DNA of 64,000 nucleotides from Macrostomum lignano (Eukaryota): positions 124,001-188,000 of the forward strand of contig NIVC01002013.1 of the NCBI GenBank assembly GCA_002269645.1. The letters run 5' to 3'. Below, one piece after another: positions 1 to 14,752 of this stretch. Position 1 is the first letter of the stretch; every line of letters begins with the position of its first letter. Position numbers and translations under genes: made by a program. The notes beneath the pieces are model-generated. The model had not been told where the DNA came from. It was given only the letters and a program-made list of their open reading frames with translations, and ran no database searches.

Positions 1-378
1 TTGTACGCCGGTCCTTCGCGAACCTTTGCGGCCTGCTGCCCTGCAGCCTGCGGCCGTAGCGGCGTTGGCGGCTTGCATGGCTGGGGCACCGGGCCGCTGC
101 AGACGGCAGCTCCGCGCTCAGGCACTGGCGGCTGCTGCTGCTGCTGCTGGCAAAACTGCGGCTGCTGCGGCTGCTGGCACTGATGCTGCTGTTGAGGCTG
201 CTGCTGAGGCTGCCACTGCTGCTGCGGTGCCTGCCTGACATCGCTGGCTCTTGGCCACCGGCTGTTGTTGCCAGTGCTACCACCGTTACCATAGCAACCG
301 AGTCCGCCTCCATACCGAGCAGTCGATCGCGGCGTCTGCTTGAGACTCCTTTGCGGTTGAGTCGGGTGGGTTAGGCGA
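1..378 (-). CDS. Gln/Pro-rich coding exon of an unknown gene, running off the window edge
   Basis: Minus frame is open to position 1 (RLTHPTQPQRSLKQ...QQQWQPQQQPQQQHQCQQP...EGPAY). AG acceptors at 382-379 follow a T-rich tract. Not in the ORF track because it has no start or stop here. Confidence 0.5.
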
Positions 379-789
379 CTCTTTAAAAATTTTAGGACTA
401 AAAAAGCTTACATCTTTGCAAATTGGAGGTCGCTATTTGGAGTATGATTTTCCAAAAGTATTAGTGTCTCCGGGATCCCTGCTTCAGAGATGCTGCAAAT
501 TTGTTCTTCAATTTGCACAAACTCTAAGATAAGTTCGTTCGCACTTGCGATGGTCTAAGATAAGACTCAATTCTCACTGTGGCTTACTGTATTTTGTTGG
601 TCATGACTCATACTATGACTCATAGTTGTTCAGGCATAACCGTACTAGTTAGTTCTTATTCTCCAGCCCATACTACTTCAACAATCAATGATTCGTTGGT
701 TAAACTCGAAACTATCCAAAATTTCACTTCCAATCCTCCCTTCACCTCGCCTCTCGCAGGCACTCCACAGGTGCGCACAGCGAACTCAC

Positions 790-1172
790 TGCGAGTTGTT
801 TGACTGGCCGTCCCAGCGCTCAGTGCCGGCGTCGCCGCTCCGACTGGTGCCGCGACTTCGGCCAGGCGTCGCCGTCCGCGAAGACTCCGAGCTGGCGTAC
901 TTCGTCTCGCAGCTTCTGCCGACTGCGCCGTCGCCGAATCCGCCTTGGGCGCCGCTAGTGTCGCAGGCGAGCTCGCGCAGCCGGGCCGCATTGGCGCGGC
1001 TGAACAGCAGCTGGACGGCCCGGCGGATGAGGCGGTAGTGAAGGTCGGCAACGGCCTCGTCGAACAGCTGGCTGCACAGCCGCAGGCCGCCCTTCCACTT
1101 CAGCGCGTTGGCAAGGCCGGGGCGCCGGGCGATCTCCATCTGCAAGAACTGCTCGAACAGCTTCAGCGACAT
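790..1172 (-). CDS. Probable upstream exon of the same unknown gene
   Basis: Protein-like frame MSLKLFEQFLQMEIARRPGLANALKW..., with an in-register antisense shadow ORF (945-1367). Canonical GTGAGT donor at 789-784. The phase-2 end joins in frame to the exon at 378 if the second AG is used. Confidence 0.4.
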
Positions 1173-1638
1173 GCCGCTGCGGGGCCGGCGGCCGCCCTCG
1201 CCTGCCTCAGCGCTGGGAGCCTCTGGCCATCAGTCGGGGATTGCCGGCCGGATGTGGCGCATGCTGGGAAGCTGGGGAAGGAAGTCTCTATAGGGGATGC
1301 GGATGGGCGGTTCCTCAGTGCGGAGGGTGTCTCGTCTAGAGTCCTCAGTTTGGGCCACAGAATATAGACAGAATGGCCGATCAGCCCTCTCGCAGAAAAA
1401 TCTGCCGCAAAAAGTATTAGCATATTTAGCTACTTTTGTGATGAAGAAAGATAGTAGTCACTTATACTTACTCGTATGCGGCTCGGAAAGGTTCTGCCAT
1501 AGACGACTGAGACTGCGAGTAGCAGCAGCCGATGCCATAGAATATACAGTATATTCTGTGACAGCGGCTGCTGCTACTGACATTAATAAGGCAGTGATTG
1601 GCAGCAACGAAGGCATTAACAGAGACAACTGTAACATT

Positions 1639-2030
1639 ATGACAGCATCAAGAAGGCAATGCGCTGCTCATGGCTGCCAGAATTACGCAAACAAATGTCC
1701 TGCACAAACGAGATTTCATCGTTTCCCAGCAAACCGTGAAAGGTATGTTCATGTACATGCGTGACTTGCCTGCTATTGCCACACAGTCATTCACTGAAAC
1801 CTCACTACTGTAGGTGTGAAGATTGGGCTCGGCACATCTTCCGATCAGACCTCTTGGGCAAGAAAAACAAAGCGAGGTGGAAGAACGCTGTCGTGTGCAG
1901 CCACCATTTTCCCGACAGCATGTACGTGTGTCCTGACCAGAGACATGAGCCTGGGGTCAGACTGATGCCCACGGCATACCCGACGCTCCAGCTGTACAAA
2001 GAAAGAGCAGAACCTTACCGCTGCAGTTAA
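1639..2030 (+). pseudogene. THAP zinc-finger domain of the P transposase; exons 1639-1742 and 1814-2030
   Basis: The spliced product has the C2CH THAP signature CAAHGC...RFHRFP..RER/CEDW...VVCSHHF...RL.P.A.PTL. GT-AG intron at 1743-1813 (71 bp) is in the correct phase. Confidence 0.85.
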
Positions 2031-2325
2031 AAGAATGGGACTCACGCTTTCCGGCATCGTGTGTGACCAGGAGTCTACTCAGTGGCAGTGCTTGCGACAG
2101 TTAGGTGCGAATCCTGATCGCCCTTCCGTGTGCATCGAAGTAGACGGAGTTCAGTCACTGATTCCAGCTTTCATCGATGTTCCTCATTGCTTAAAGAACA
2201 TGCGAAATGCTCTGCATAAGCATTGCATTGAATTTGATTATAGCGGCACTCGAAAAACTGCAAACTGGGCAGATATTGTTGCTGTGGCTCAAGTAGAACT
2301 AGGAAAGCCTGGAATCAATTATTAA
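1996..2325 (+). pseudogene. P-element/THAP9-like transposase catalytic fragment, out of frame with the THAP exons and truncated
   Basis: GIVCDQ...LG...P...IDVPHCLKNMRNAL...ANWADI matches the DQ and D-PH-LK-RN motifs of P transposases. Confidence 0.8.
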
Positions 2326-3132
2326 TCAGCCTAGGCACTGCCAAACCTGTTAATTTTAAATTCTGAAGCAGTATCTAAGTTTATAGAATCATACGCAGAG
2401 TCTACATATATTATAAATATACATTTGCATATCGAGTTTTCATAACTACTGCTCCGCTTCACCACAAAAGTAGTTTGTTTGCATATTAATTTCCAAACAT
2501 TCTACGACAGCCGAACGGGCATTCTGTCTATATTCTGTGGTTTGGGCCACAGACGAATAGCGACTGGCATGCGGCCATGGTCAAAATTGTTGCGTTCTGG
2601 CGCTCAAACAGATGATTAATAATTGGTTGTGTACATTTGATGTATGCATCTACAGATAGTATAGACCTTTACAGAGGATAGTCTTAACCTATAAACAGAG
2701 TACAGAGGACAGTTTTTGCCTATTTGATGAACTCGAGTGCTCTTGCATTCGTGCAGCAAATAGCTTGAATTCCCAGCTCCACCTGGGTCAAGGCTGAGTG
2801 AGTTTTAGGAGATCGCATAGTCTCAACCCTCATGCTCTCCGAACCCTTGGCCTGCTTCCATCCGATTGCTGCTATTTGCCTTCCTTCCGATCTCGAGTAC
2901 CTCCGCATAGGCAGCCAAGTACTGCCCGAACAAGAGCTGGACTCATGCCAGCTGGTCTTTCCCTGGTAAACAGCTTGGTCGATAATTGCTGCAAAATGTC
3001 TACCACTTTATTAATCCTCAGCTTTAGCTGCCTCTTCTGGGTTGTTGATTGAAGAGCAACCGGTTGCTGCACCTCCACTCGGTCACAGATTCTGGCTTCG
3101 TAGAAGTGCATCCATCCTACTATTTTCGTTGC

Positions 3133-4092
<960 letters not shown>

Positions 4093-4800
4093 CAACCTTC
4101 AAAACATACCGAGACAAACACATTTTCTGGCTATTGCGAAAAGTTAAAAAGCAAAAAGTTATGCATCAAATTTAATTGCAGATTCCAGCATGAGCCAGCA
4201 GGGCTTCCCCGGTTAACAGAAGCAAAGGCTCAGTTAAAATGTTTACAAGGTGCTACTGGCCTGGGCTGGGGCTAATCAGCGGATTTCTCTTTTATCGCTT
4301 CAAAGTCTTCCGTCTGTCTGTCTGAAATTTTAATCAAATCAGTTTTTGTACTTTTAATTTTGCTTGTGTCGTTGAAAATATCCTGGAATTAGTCTGGATA
4401 TGCTAAACCACTAAACGGGCTTCTACTAATTAACAGGTAACCAAAAAACGTCGAAAAATATTTTTTTATTACTTTTTTTCTATTTTTGCTTTTGCTTTAT
4501 TAACAATAGGAGTACCAAGCCATTTTTTTTCGCCCGTCGAAATACCAAGCGGAAATTTCCTAATTTGGACATCCTGTTACAACCATGTCAAACTTCAATA
4601 ACGAGCAAACCTCAACTGCTGGACATCCTCAGCTAGTCCATAGTCCCCTGGTGCCACCTGTTGAAGGTCCAGAAGCTCCGCCTGGGTGAAGGCCAGTGAC
4701 CAACCAAGTCAGAACTGATGCAGACACATGCGGTCGACTTGCTGATGATATTTGGAGGCTTTTTTTATTAGAGGCAGGGGGGTTGTGTGCACCCTGGCGC

Positions 4801-5120
4801 ACTTTAAGCGACATAGGCACACAACCAGCGAGAGGCATTACTGCCCATTCCGCCGACTCCCCTGAGCAGGCATACAAGCGCGCGGATACGTACGCAGGCA
4901 CACACTCACACAGGAGTGTACAGCGGCCCTAACTTTATTTTATCTTTAGGCATGTACACTTCACTGCGCCTTGGGGGTTGGCTCTCAAGGCCGTTAATTG
5001 CACGAGCAGAGCCAAGCCGAGATTCCAATTCAGCCCCAAATTAATGTGGCTGCACTTGTAATCGAGCCTGGGTCGCTGGCACACCAGAGCAGCTGCGCTA
5101 CCGCTGGGCTACGGCCCCCC
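4801..5120 (-). mobile_element. tRNA-derived SINE, family 1, copy A
   Basis: Near-identical copy at 22319-22656. The minus-strand head has an A box (CGTAGCCCAGCGG) and a B-like box (GGCTCGATTAC). Confidence 0.8.
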
Positions 5121-6009
5121 TATTTGGAGGCTTGGAAAGGTTGCATTGAGACGCATTGAATACACTGGCGCTTATGGGAAAAATCCGACCTTCTGACAGA
5201 ATCCTCGAATATCTCGACCGTCCGGAGAGCCGGCGACTTGATTCTTGTTTTAGAAGGTGCATAACAAAAAGTCACCCCATGCACCCAGCAAGAAAACATT
5301 GTCAGATTATCTTAGCAAAAGTGATTAAAACATAAAAATCAGAACGCTTTTTAACAATATTAATAATAATAATAAAACAAACTAAAATCCAGTCTGGAAC
5401 ACTCAAAAAGATATTCCACAGTTATCGAATAATTTCAAAACGCAAAATCAGTTTAATAAAACAACAGGACGAAGTATTAGTATATTTGATTCCAGTCAAT
5501 CACAGTTGCAGACTAAAATAAACTCATATGCCAAGTTTTGTCTGTTCTGAATGAGTTACATAGAAGTTTGATTAGGTGTAAATATTAAAATGAGTGCGTG
5601 CCTATTATTTAAAAAATAGGCGGAGTGCACCAACCACGATTCGGCTTCCACTTTGCTTCAATTTGAGTGTCGTGTTTTTCTTGAAAAGTCACTGGCTTGC
5701 GTTAGCCAGAAAACAGAGTGATGATGTGTTCCAAAATCGAATCGAAGAAATGTTCTCTGCACTTTTCCCTGCAGAGCAGCAGTCCCCTAACGACGGCTAA
5801 ATCAATTTGTCGGTCTCAGGAGGCTGGGACAAAGGAGATGGAGTCTGGCAAACTAATAAACTTCGTTCTTTAGCCTCCCAGTCGCTGATTCTGTCTCTCT
5901 ACTTCAAATGAAATTCTCAATGGTATTGCTTTTAATGAAATTCTGAGATCAAATGTTGAAGATAGCTCGTAGAAGTACTTTTATAAGTGCAGATCGGCAG
6001 GACTGCAGC

Positions 6010-7392
6010 TTAGAAATAATCGTTACGATTTCCAGCTCTTCGTGCCACTGACCTCAGCGGACGCATCTCCGTGCTGTCTCCGCGGCCGCCGCCACCACCG
6101 CCAATCCCGCCAGTCCGCACCTCCTGTCGCTTCCTGTTGAGGCCTCCGCGACAGGCGCACCGCTTCACCTCGCGCTTGAAAGCTTCCGAGAAGACAAAGA
6201 AAATAAAAAAATTCGCTAAAGTGTCCAGCGTCACCAGAGCGTTGAGTCCGGAGAAGATGAGGCGCGCCTTGCCCGGACTGGAGCAGCGAAAGTGCGGGAA
6301 GAAGTGCATTAGAATGAAGTAGATGAATGTGGGCAGCTCCAGCACTGTGAAAGTGACGGCCAGAGCCAGCAGAATTCGGGTTGCCTTGCGTTTGCGACAG
6401 AGACCGCGACTGCGCGCGGGCTTGTGCGGCTGTCGCTGCTGCAGCTGCCGCTCGCGGTCGTGATGAATCACTGGGACAGCCAGGTTGTTGTGCGAGGATC
6501 CGATCGAATTGGAGCAATCAGCTGCTTCTACAGCTGGTTGCGCTCCTGTCGCGCGTGTTGACGGAGAGACCGTCGCCGAGGCGGCGTCGGAGGGCTCGCG
6601 GGCAGCCAGTAGGTGAGCGGCCAGGGCCACTGATAGCACTAGCACTGTGGGAACTGGCACTCCGGTCTGCATCACAAAGAAGAATATGATGAAGCTCTCA
6701 CACGATGAAGCTGCCTGCGCGGACGAATTCGAAACTGCAAACGGCGGTTGAGACGTGCTGGAAATCCCTGTCGCTGAATTGGCCTTCTCAGCGGCGGCGG
6801 CAGCTGCAGCAGCGGCGACTGCGTGCGCAGTGCAAGTTTTCTCCTCGAGGTGGCGAACGATGCTGAAGGCGGCGGAGCCGGTGAGAATGGCAAAGAACGC
6901 AACCAGCTGCCGCCGGCGGGTCAGCATCTCGGGCACGCGCAGCGGGAACAGGATCACCACAAAGCGGACAATTGTTAGAAAAGTGACCCACCAGTTTCTG
7001 AGCAGCAGGCTTGTGTTACTTATCACGAACTGAGCTTCCATGAAGTACTGCAGTATGCGGCCCCTGTCGCTGCCAGCTCCGCCCTCGCCCTGTCCAGCGG
7101 TGTCATTTCCAGCATGCGCAATCAGTTGCTCGATGTTGACAACGTGCAGCACAGTTAGCGACATGGCCGTGAACAGGCCCGTGACGATCAGCAGCACCAT
7201 GCCGCGGGCTCCGGCAGTTGCGTCCCGTCTGCGCAAGAAAATCCACAGGGTGAACACCAGGGACACCAGGGCCGCAACAGAGACGCACAGACTCAGCCCG
7301 TAGAAAGGCAACAGCAAAGCTCTGTACTGCGCCTCCTCCTCTGAATCCTCTTCGTCCGCAACCGGACTCAATGGGGGAGCTGGAGTACTCAT
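6010..7392 (-). CDS. Intronless class A (rhodopsin-like) orphan GPCR, peptide-receptor-like, 460 aa
   Basis: Seven hydrophobic segments. TM3 ends TIVRFVVILFP, TM6 reads ATRILLALAVTFTVLELP, and TM7/helix 8 reads NFFIFFVFSEAFKREV. Confidence 0.88.
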   Translation of the reverse strand: MSTPAPPLSPVADEEDSEEEAQYRALLLPFYGLSLCVSVAALVSLVFTLWIFLRRRDATAGARGMVLLIVTGLFTAMSLTVLHVVNIEQLIAHAGNDTAGQGEGGAGSDRGRILQYFMEAQFVISNTSLLLRNWWVTFLTIVRFVVILFPLRVPEMLTRRRQLVAFFAILTGSAAFSIVRHLEEKTCTAHAVAAAAAAAAAEKANSATGISSTSQPPFAVSNSSAQAASSCESFIIFFFVMQTGVPVPTVLVLSVALAAHLLAAREPSDAASATVSPSTRATGAQPAVEAADCSNSIGSSHNNLAVPVIHHDRERQLQQRQPHKPARSRGLCRKRKATRILLALAVTFTVLELPTFIYFILMHFFPHFRCSSPGKARLIFSGLNALVTLDTLANFFIFFVFSEAFKREVKRCACRGGLNRKRQEVRTGGIGGGGGGRGDSTEMRPLRSVARRAGNRNDYF

Positions 7393-8539
7393 TGCGGTCT
7401 TTTTGACGACGTTGTCGAGATTCTGTTAGACGAATGGAATGAATGGAATCTGGTCCTGTTGCTATGGTGTTGGCTGGCAAGAGCTAACTCTACCGACTAA
7501 GTCTGCAGTCGCTAATATTTTCCTTTTCTCTCTCTCTCTCTCTCTCCTCTGACTCTTCCGTTCCAATTGCTTCCCGATATCGCGCCAAGTGACCCGCGGC
7601 TATTGGCTGTCAGGAGTGTGCGAGAGTTTGGGATGCGGGAAGGGCAGGGCGAGTGAGAGATACGCCACGGGCTACACGGTCATGGAATAGAAGGCTGCAA
7701 GGAGAGCGAGGCGGGACAGGAGCGAGGATGCAATATCATTCACTCTGGTCGTGTCCTCCACTTCACTGCTTTGCGGCACAGGGGGTCCGTTTCAATCTCC
7801 GGAATCCTGGGCGCGTCACTCCTAGCTTCTCTGAGATTTTTTTCAAGCTGCTCTCACTCGCTGCTCTGGGGAGTCCCAGGCTCTTTCCGTTCCGCTTCAG
7901 TCGCCCCGGCTCTTACGATCCGCGATCGCTTTCTCCCCTTCAGTTCTCTCTCACTCTCCAGCCGCGCTGCGATGCTAACAATATGTGCTATCGCCGGGAA
8001 TAGCATCGGGCGTTTTCGATATTCATCTACCAGTTTAATTGCCTCCAGCCTCTATGCTCAATTCTAGCTGGCTAATCCTCTCACTCTATCACTCTCACTC
8101 TCTCTCTCTCTCTATCCTATTTCGCACTCCGTTCCCAGGGGATTTCGCAGAGTAAATCGAAAACTCCAGCATCTACTATCGTCATCACAAGCGCTTGATT
8201 GTTGGTGTACATAGCTGGCCGCTCATCTGTGTTTTCGTAGCAACTGCTCGTATAATAACAAAACAGCCTCCCGCTATTTCGGTGTGGCACCTTGCTCATA
8301 TTTGCGACAGCCAATCAATGCCTGCTCAGTGTTGTTCGCATAGACTCTCCCTGCATCGGAACAGAGATGAAAGGGTTTATAATTAAAAATATAGAGCATA
8401 ATTCATTTTCATCAGGCATTGGATAATGGGTAGTTTTTTGGCATGTGACACATTAGAGATTGAGTATTCCCTCCTCGGTTCATTGGAGGGTTGCAATACT
8501 ACTTAACGCAGTCTGCTACCCTTCATCCTAGTCCGTTGG

Positions 8540-9545
8540 AAGCCTGCTGACCTCTCTTTTGGTCTGTTGGAGGCCTGCTACCCTCTTTTTTGGTCTGTTG
8601 GAGGCCTGCTACCCTCTCTTTTGGTCTGTTGGAGGCCTGCTACCCTCTCTTTTGGTCTGTTGGAGGCCTGCTACCCTCTTTTTTGGTCTGTTGGAGGCCT
8701 GCAACCCTCTTTTTTGGTCTGTTGGAGGCCTGCTACCCTCTTTTTTGGTCTGTTGGAGGCCTGCAACCCTCTTTTTTGGTCTGTTGGAGGCCTGCAACCC
8801 TCTTTTTTGGTCTGTTGGAGGCCTGCTACCCTCTTTTTTGGTCTGTTGGAGGCCTGCTACCCTCTTTTTTGGTCTGTTGGAGGCCTGCTACCCTCTTTTT
8901 TGGTCTGTTGGAGGCCTGCAACCCTCTTTTTTGTCTGTTGGAGGCCTGCAACCCTCTTTTTTGGTCTGTTGGAGGCCTGCTACCCTCTTTTTTGGTCTGT
9001 TGGAGGCCTGCTACCCTCTTTTTTGGTCTGTTGGAGGCCTGCTACCCTCTTTTTTGGTCTGTTGGAGGCCTGCAACCCTCTTTTTTGTCTGTTGGAGGGC
9101 TGCTACCCTCTTTTTTGGTCTGTTGGAGGCCTGCTACCCTCTCTTTTGGTCTGTTGGAGGCCTGCTACCCTCTCTTTTGGTCTGTTGGAGGCCTGCTACC
9201 CTTCTCCATGGTCCAATGGAGGGCGGCTACCCTTCTCCATGGTCCAATGGAGGGCTGCTACCCTTCTCCATGGTCCAATGGAGTTCTGCTACCCTTCTCC
9301 ATGGTCCAATGGAGGGCGGCTACCCTTCTCCATGGTCCAATGGAGGGCTGCTACCCTTCTCCATGGTCCAATGGAGGGCTGCTACCCTTCTCCATGGTCC
9401 AATGGAGGGCGGCTACCCTTCTCCATGGTCCAATGGAGGGCTGCTACCCTTCTCCATGGTCCAATGGAGTTCTGCTACCCTTCTCCATGGTCCAATGGAG
9501 GGCTGCTACCCTTCTCCATGGTCCAATGGAGGGCTGCTACCTTCA
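8540..9545. repeat. 31-bp minisatellite with two homologous unit types
   Basis: Unit CTCTTTTTTGGTCTGTTGGAGGCCTGCTACC switches near 9200 to CTTCTCCATGGTCCAATGGAGGGCTGCTACC. Confidence 0.95.
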
Positions 9546-10469
9546 CCCCTGCTATCTCTCCCCAAAGTTCTTTTTTATGTAAATATTCCAGTTCCTGTCC
9601 AGATTTTTAACGCAGCTCCATCAGCCTTCTGCGTTTTGAGGAATCGCTAAAAGCGTCAAAGCGTCAATTCAAATGCAACAGCAACTGTATTCTCAAGTGT
9701 ACCGGCAACTAAAACATTCTCCTTTGACACTCCAGTTGATCGCAAGGCGCCAGTATTTTCTAGGAAGTTTCTAATTTGCAAATGCATCTCAAAACAAATT
9801 GGATCTCAACTCTCGGAATTAGATCAGCTCCCAACGCACTGGGAGTAGCTGATCCACTTCTCAGAGTGTCCAACAATCCCTGACCCTAACGCACGCGGAT
9901 AGCAGAGAGAGAGAAGTTTTTCTTCTCTGATTATCTTTGTTCTGTAAGTCCATACTTCTGCCTCCCCGCCCTCTCAAAGTCTTCCAGCCCACAGGAAAAG
10001 GTTGTTTCCTCTCCCCCAGCCGTGAAATTTGCATGAGGCAGATGCTCAGAAGCGTCGACCAAATGCAGGATTGTAAATCATCACTCAAGAGACAGCCGCT
10101 AATCTAGGACTTGACGATTTCGCTGGAACAGCTGCGACCCAGAGGGTTGGCGAAACAGTATCTCTGTCATATTTATTCATTTATTCATTCAGCAGAAAGA
10201 AAATGGACTAATTCTACAGATATTTCAGATATCTTATCCCATGGGATCCAGTAAAGTTTGCAGAAAAAATGGTTTAAGCAAACCAACAAAGTTCTAAAGC
10301 AGAAGATGCGAATTCAACCATGGGGCCAGAGCATGAGCCACCCGAATCATGCTGGCCTTAAGCTGAAGGTGAACTTCTTCATTTAGCAGTTTCGAAATTT
10401 GATTGATTTTGTCTATGGTTAAACTTCATGGTTTAATATAATATAATTGATAATAATTGATTACAACTA

Positions 10470-10720
10470 CCCTAATAGGCAGGTGTGCAGCCGAAATCTG
10501 AAGGCTGCGTACGGCTGTTCAATCCAAGGACTGGGGGGTCGCCACACACACCCTCAATTACCCCAGCTAATGCTGGCACCCATTTTACAGCTGGGTGAAC
10601 TGAAGCAATGCAGAGTCAAGTGTCTTGCTCAAGGACACAAATTGTTCCGAGTGGGTCGAAAATCGAACCCCGACCTTCCAGTGGTGAGTCCGACGCTCTA
10701 ACCACTAGGCTACAACCGCC
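10470..10720 (-). mobile_element. tRNA-derived SINE with a CORE-like central domain, family 2
   Basis: Minus strand has A box TGTAGCCTAGTGG and B box GGTTCGATTTT, then GTGTCCTTGAGCAAGACACTT...CAGCTGTAAAATGGGT resembling the CORE-SINE domain. Confidence 0.8.
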
Positions 10721-11499
10721 TTAAAATGGTCTATGTTCTATGACCAAATCCATGAATCAAATATGGATGAGATTCTCGATTCTGATGAGGCGCCTGCATC
10801 ATTAAATTTCAGTGCTCGCAGAAACTGGGCCGCAAAAATATTGCTTATGTCAAATTGAGCAGTGATTTGGTCTTGCCCATAGACATAGACATATACGGAA
10901 ACGGAAACCAATTTGAGCATTTGGCCATAGACATCGGTACAAAGAATGCCAGCAGCAGCCTCTCTCATAGAAGTTGGCTTCTGTTTAATGATGTCGTGAG
11001 TTGACAGTCGGTACTATCAAATGAATTTCACATCCGTGATGATTGACTTGGATTGCACAGCTGTAGTGAACATGCTATAATTCAACGACTTCAGCAGGGT
11101 CTTCAGTAAGGACTTAAGTAAAAACTCAAAAACTTCAAAAAGGATTTAAGAAGCTTAAAAATCCGACCATTAACTCTTGAAACTTGATTTTTCTTTTCAA
11201 TGATTTTACATGCAAAAAAATCATAAATTTTTGCTTCATTGAAATTAATTTAGATACTCAACAAAGCAGCCGCACTCAGGTAAAAATACCTAATTATACT
11301 TTCTTTGTTGCCTTTGAACTCGCTGCACTGCTTTTGAGCACCATTATTGAGTCCAACTGGCAAGAGATTATAAAGTAAAAAAACTGTTCGAATCTTATGC
11401 CCGGGATTGCCAAAAATCGGTTACTGAACAGGAAATATATTGGACTGAATATCAGTATAACAGTACATAAATATATCTATCTTATATATCCATCTATAG

Positions 11500-12308
<809 letters not shown>

Positions 12309-12704
12309 GATCTACGTATTTCTCTTACTGTCTGTTTGAGTCGGCAGTAATACAAAAAGAACAAAGGGCTGCTACATTTTTTAATTGCTGCAGTGAAAAG
12401 CAAAAACGTCTGGGTGAATGGAAAGCGGATTCCGCGGCAGTCGCTTGTTTGACATCCGGAATCAGGCACAAAAGCAAGAGGCCCAAGCGAGTTCAGTAGG
12501 TAATGATGAAGGTCAGGAAAGCAGAGGCAGAATTTTTGGCTGCCTTTTTTAACAAATGTTTTGATCAGTGGAAATGAAAAATGCTTCAACTTTTGGCAGG
12601 TAATAGGGGTACAGCACTTACCAGCTTTGGAAAAACAGCATAGTTTTCCGGATTGCAGAACTAAGAGTGGGAATGTCTGTCCTACTGTGTACTCTCCTAC
12701 ACAC

Positions 12705-13860
12705 AGAATCATGCAGTGATAATCACACATAGAACACACAGAATCATGCAGTGATAATCACACATAGAACACACATAATCATGCAGTGATAATCACACAT
12801 AGAACACACATAATCATGCAATGATAATCACACATAGAACATACAGAATCATGCAGTGATAATCACACACAGAACATACATAATCATGCAGTGATAATCA
12901 CACATAGAACATACATAATCATGCAGTGATAATCACACACAGAACATACATAATCATGCAGTGATAATCACACATAGAACATACATAATCATGCAGTGAT
13001 AATCACACATAGAACACACATAATCATGCAGTGATAATCACACATAGAACACACATAATCATGCAATGATAATCACACATAGAACATACAGAATCATGCA
13101 GTGATAATCACACACAGAACATACATAATCATGCAGTGATAATCACACATAGAACATACATAATCATGCAGTGATAATCACACACAGAACATACATAATC
13201 ATGCAGTGATAATCACACATAGAACATACATATTCATGCAGTGATAATCACACATAGAACACACAGAATCATGCAGTGATAATCACACATAGAACACACA
13301 GAATCATGCAGTGATAATCACACATGCAACACACAGAATCACGCAGTGATAATCACACATAGAACATACAGAATCATGCAGTGATAATCACACATAGAAC
13401 ATACATAATCATGCAGTGATAATCACACATAGAACACACAGAATCATGCAGTGATAATCACACATGGAACACACAGAATCATGCAGTGATAATCACACAT
13501 AGAACACACAGAATCATGCAGTGATAATCACACATAGAACATACATAATCATGCAGTGATAATCACACATAGAACATACATAATCATGCAGTGATAATCA
13601 CACATAGAACACACATAATCATGCAGTGATAATCACACATGGAACACACAGAATCATGCAGTGATAATCACACATAGAACATACATAATCATGCAGTGAT
13701 AATCACACATAAAACACACATAATCATGCAGTGATAATCACACATAGAACACACAGAATCATGCAATGATAATCACACATAGAACATACATAATCATGCA
13801 GTGATAATCACACATAGAACACACAGAATCATGCAATCATAATCACACATAGAACATACT
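12705..13860. repeat. 35-bp minisatellite
   Basis: Unit AGAACACACAGAATCATGCAGTGATAATCACACAT. A variant recurs at 245-bp (7-unit) spacing. Confidence 0.95.
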
Positions 13861-14752
13861 CGTACATAATCATGCAGAGATAAGAGAATCATGCATTTTT
13901 CATCACATAGGCAAATCCCGGTAAATATTCGTGCTCAACACTCAAATTAATTTGCAGTGCACGGAATTGAACCACCAGAGGTTGTGGCCTGAGATTCAGT
14001 CGTTTTTGCCGTTCATGTTCATTATTACACAAACATGTAATAATTAGTCAATAATATTTCTTGCAATCAATTTTTTCTTTACAATCTCCAAGAGAAGCCA
14101 TTAGCAAGAAAAAAATGAACTTTCATTTACAATTCGGAGCTGCCCAGCGACTAAGCAAAATGAAATAAAAGTAAAAAAGTTCAGTTAAGAGCAATTAGCA
14201 GCTCACTGGCTATTCAGAGTCGGGTAGACTCTTGCCTAATGAAAACATCCTAATCATACAGAATCTCTGGCCCCAAGGCTTCCCCCTGCTCAAACTAGTT
14301 TGATTTATTCAGAGTGAGAGAGAAAGCACTATTCCCGGGACACGCTTGGTAGTAAATTAAGTTCGCAGTTCTGGGGGGAGGTTCTGGGGGGAGAACCGGA
14401 TGACCTGGAGGGGCTGCTGCTCTGTGAGAGGCATTCCTGACAGTTGCTTAATCCTTCTCTTCTTGCTGACAGAAACTCGGAGGGATGAACTGAAAAAATT
14501 CGATTTCGCATCGAGGTCAGAAATTCAAGGTCTTCTTTTCATAAAAAAATCGAAAAATGAAGATTATAGAAATACCCGGATAAGCTGTGCCATCCTGAGC
14601 GAAGTCGCTGAGTCCGGTGTGTTTTTACTTTTGGTGAGTTTATATTTTTCAATTTCGATATTGAAGCTTTGCTAGCTAGCTGGATTCAAAAATTGTCGAG
14701 GCACGAATCTATTGGACTTGAGTAGGAGGGTTTGGACAGCTGGAGTTCACCT

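Larger units (their letters stand above)
1356..2539 (+). mobile_element. Internally deleted P-superfamily (THAP) DNA transposon
   Basis: TIRs CACAGAATATAGACAGAATG at 1356 and its reverse complement ending 2539, extending imperfectly to about 30 bp. 8-bp TSD GTTTGGGC at 1348-1355 and 2540-2547. CANAG termini with an 8-bp TSD are typical of P elements. Confidence 0.9.

Noticed and set aside
10640-10720. tRNA gene (also at 5040-5120 and 22570-22656)
   Set aside because: A and B boxes are present, but there is no complete cloverleaf and each continues into a SINE body.
14329-14511. Possible minus-strand exon after a TTTTTTCAG acceptor
   Set aside because: Short, no homology recognised and no partner exon found.
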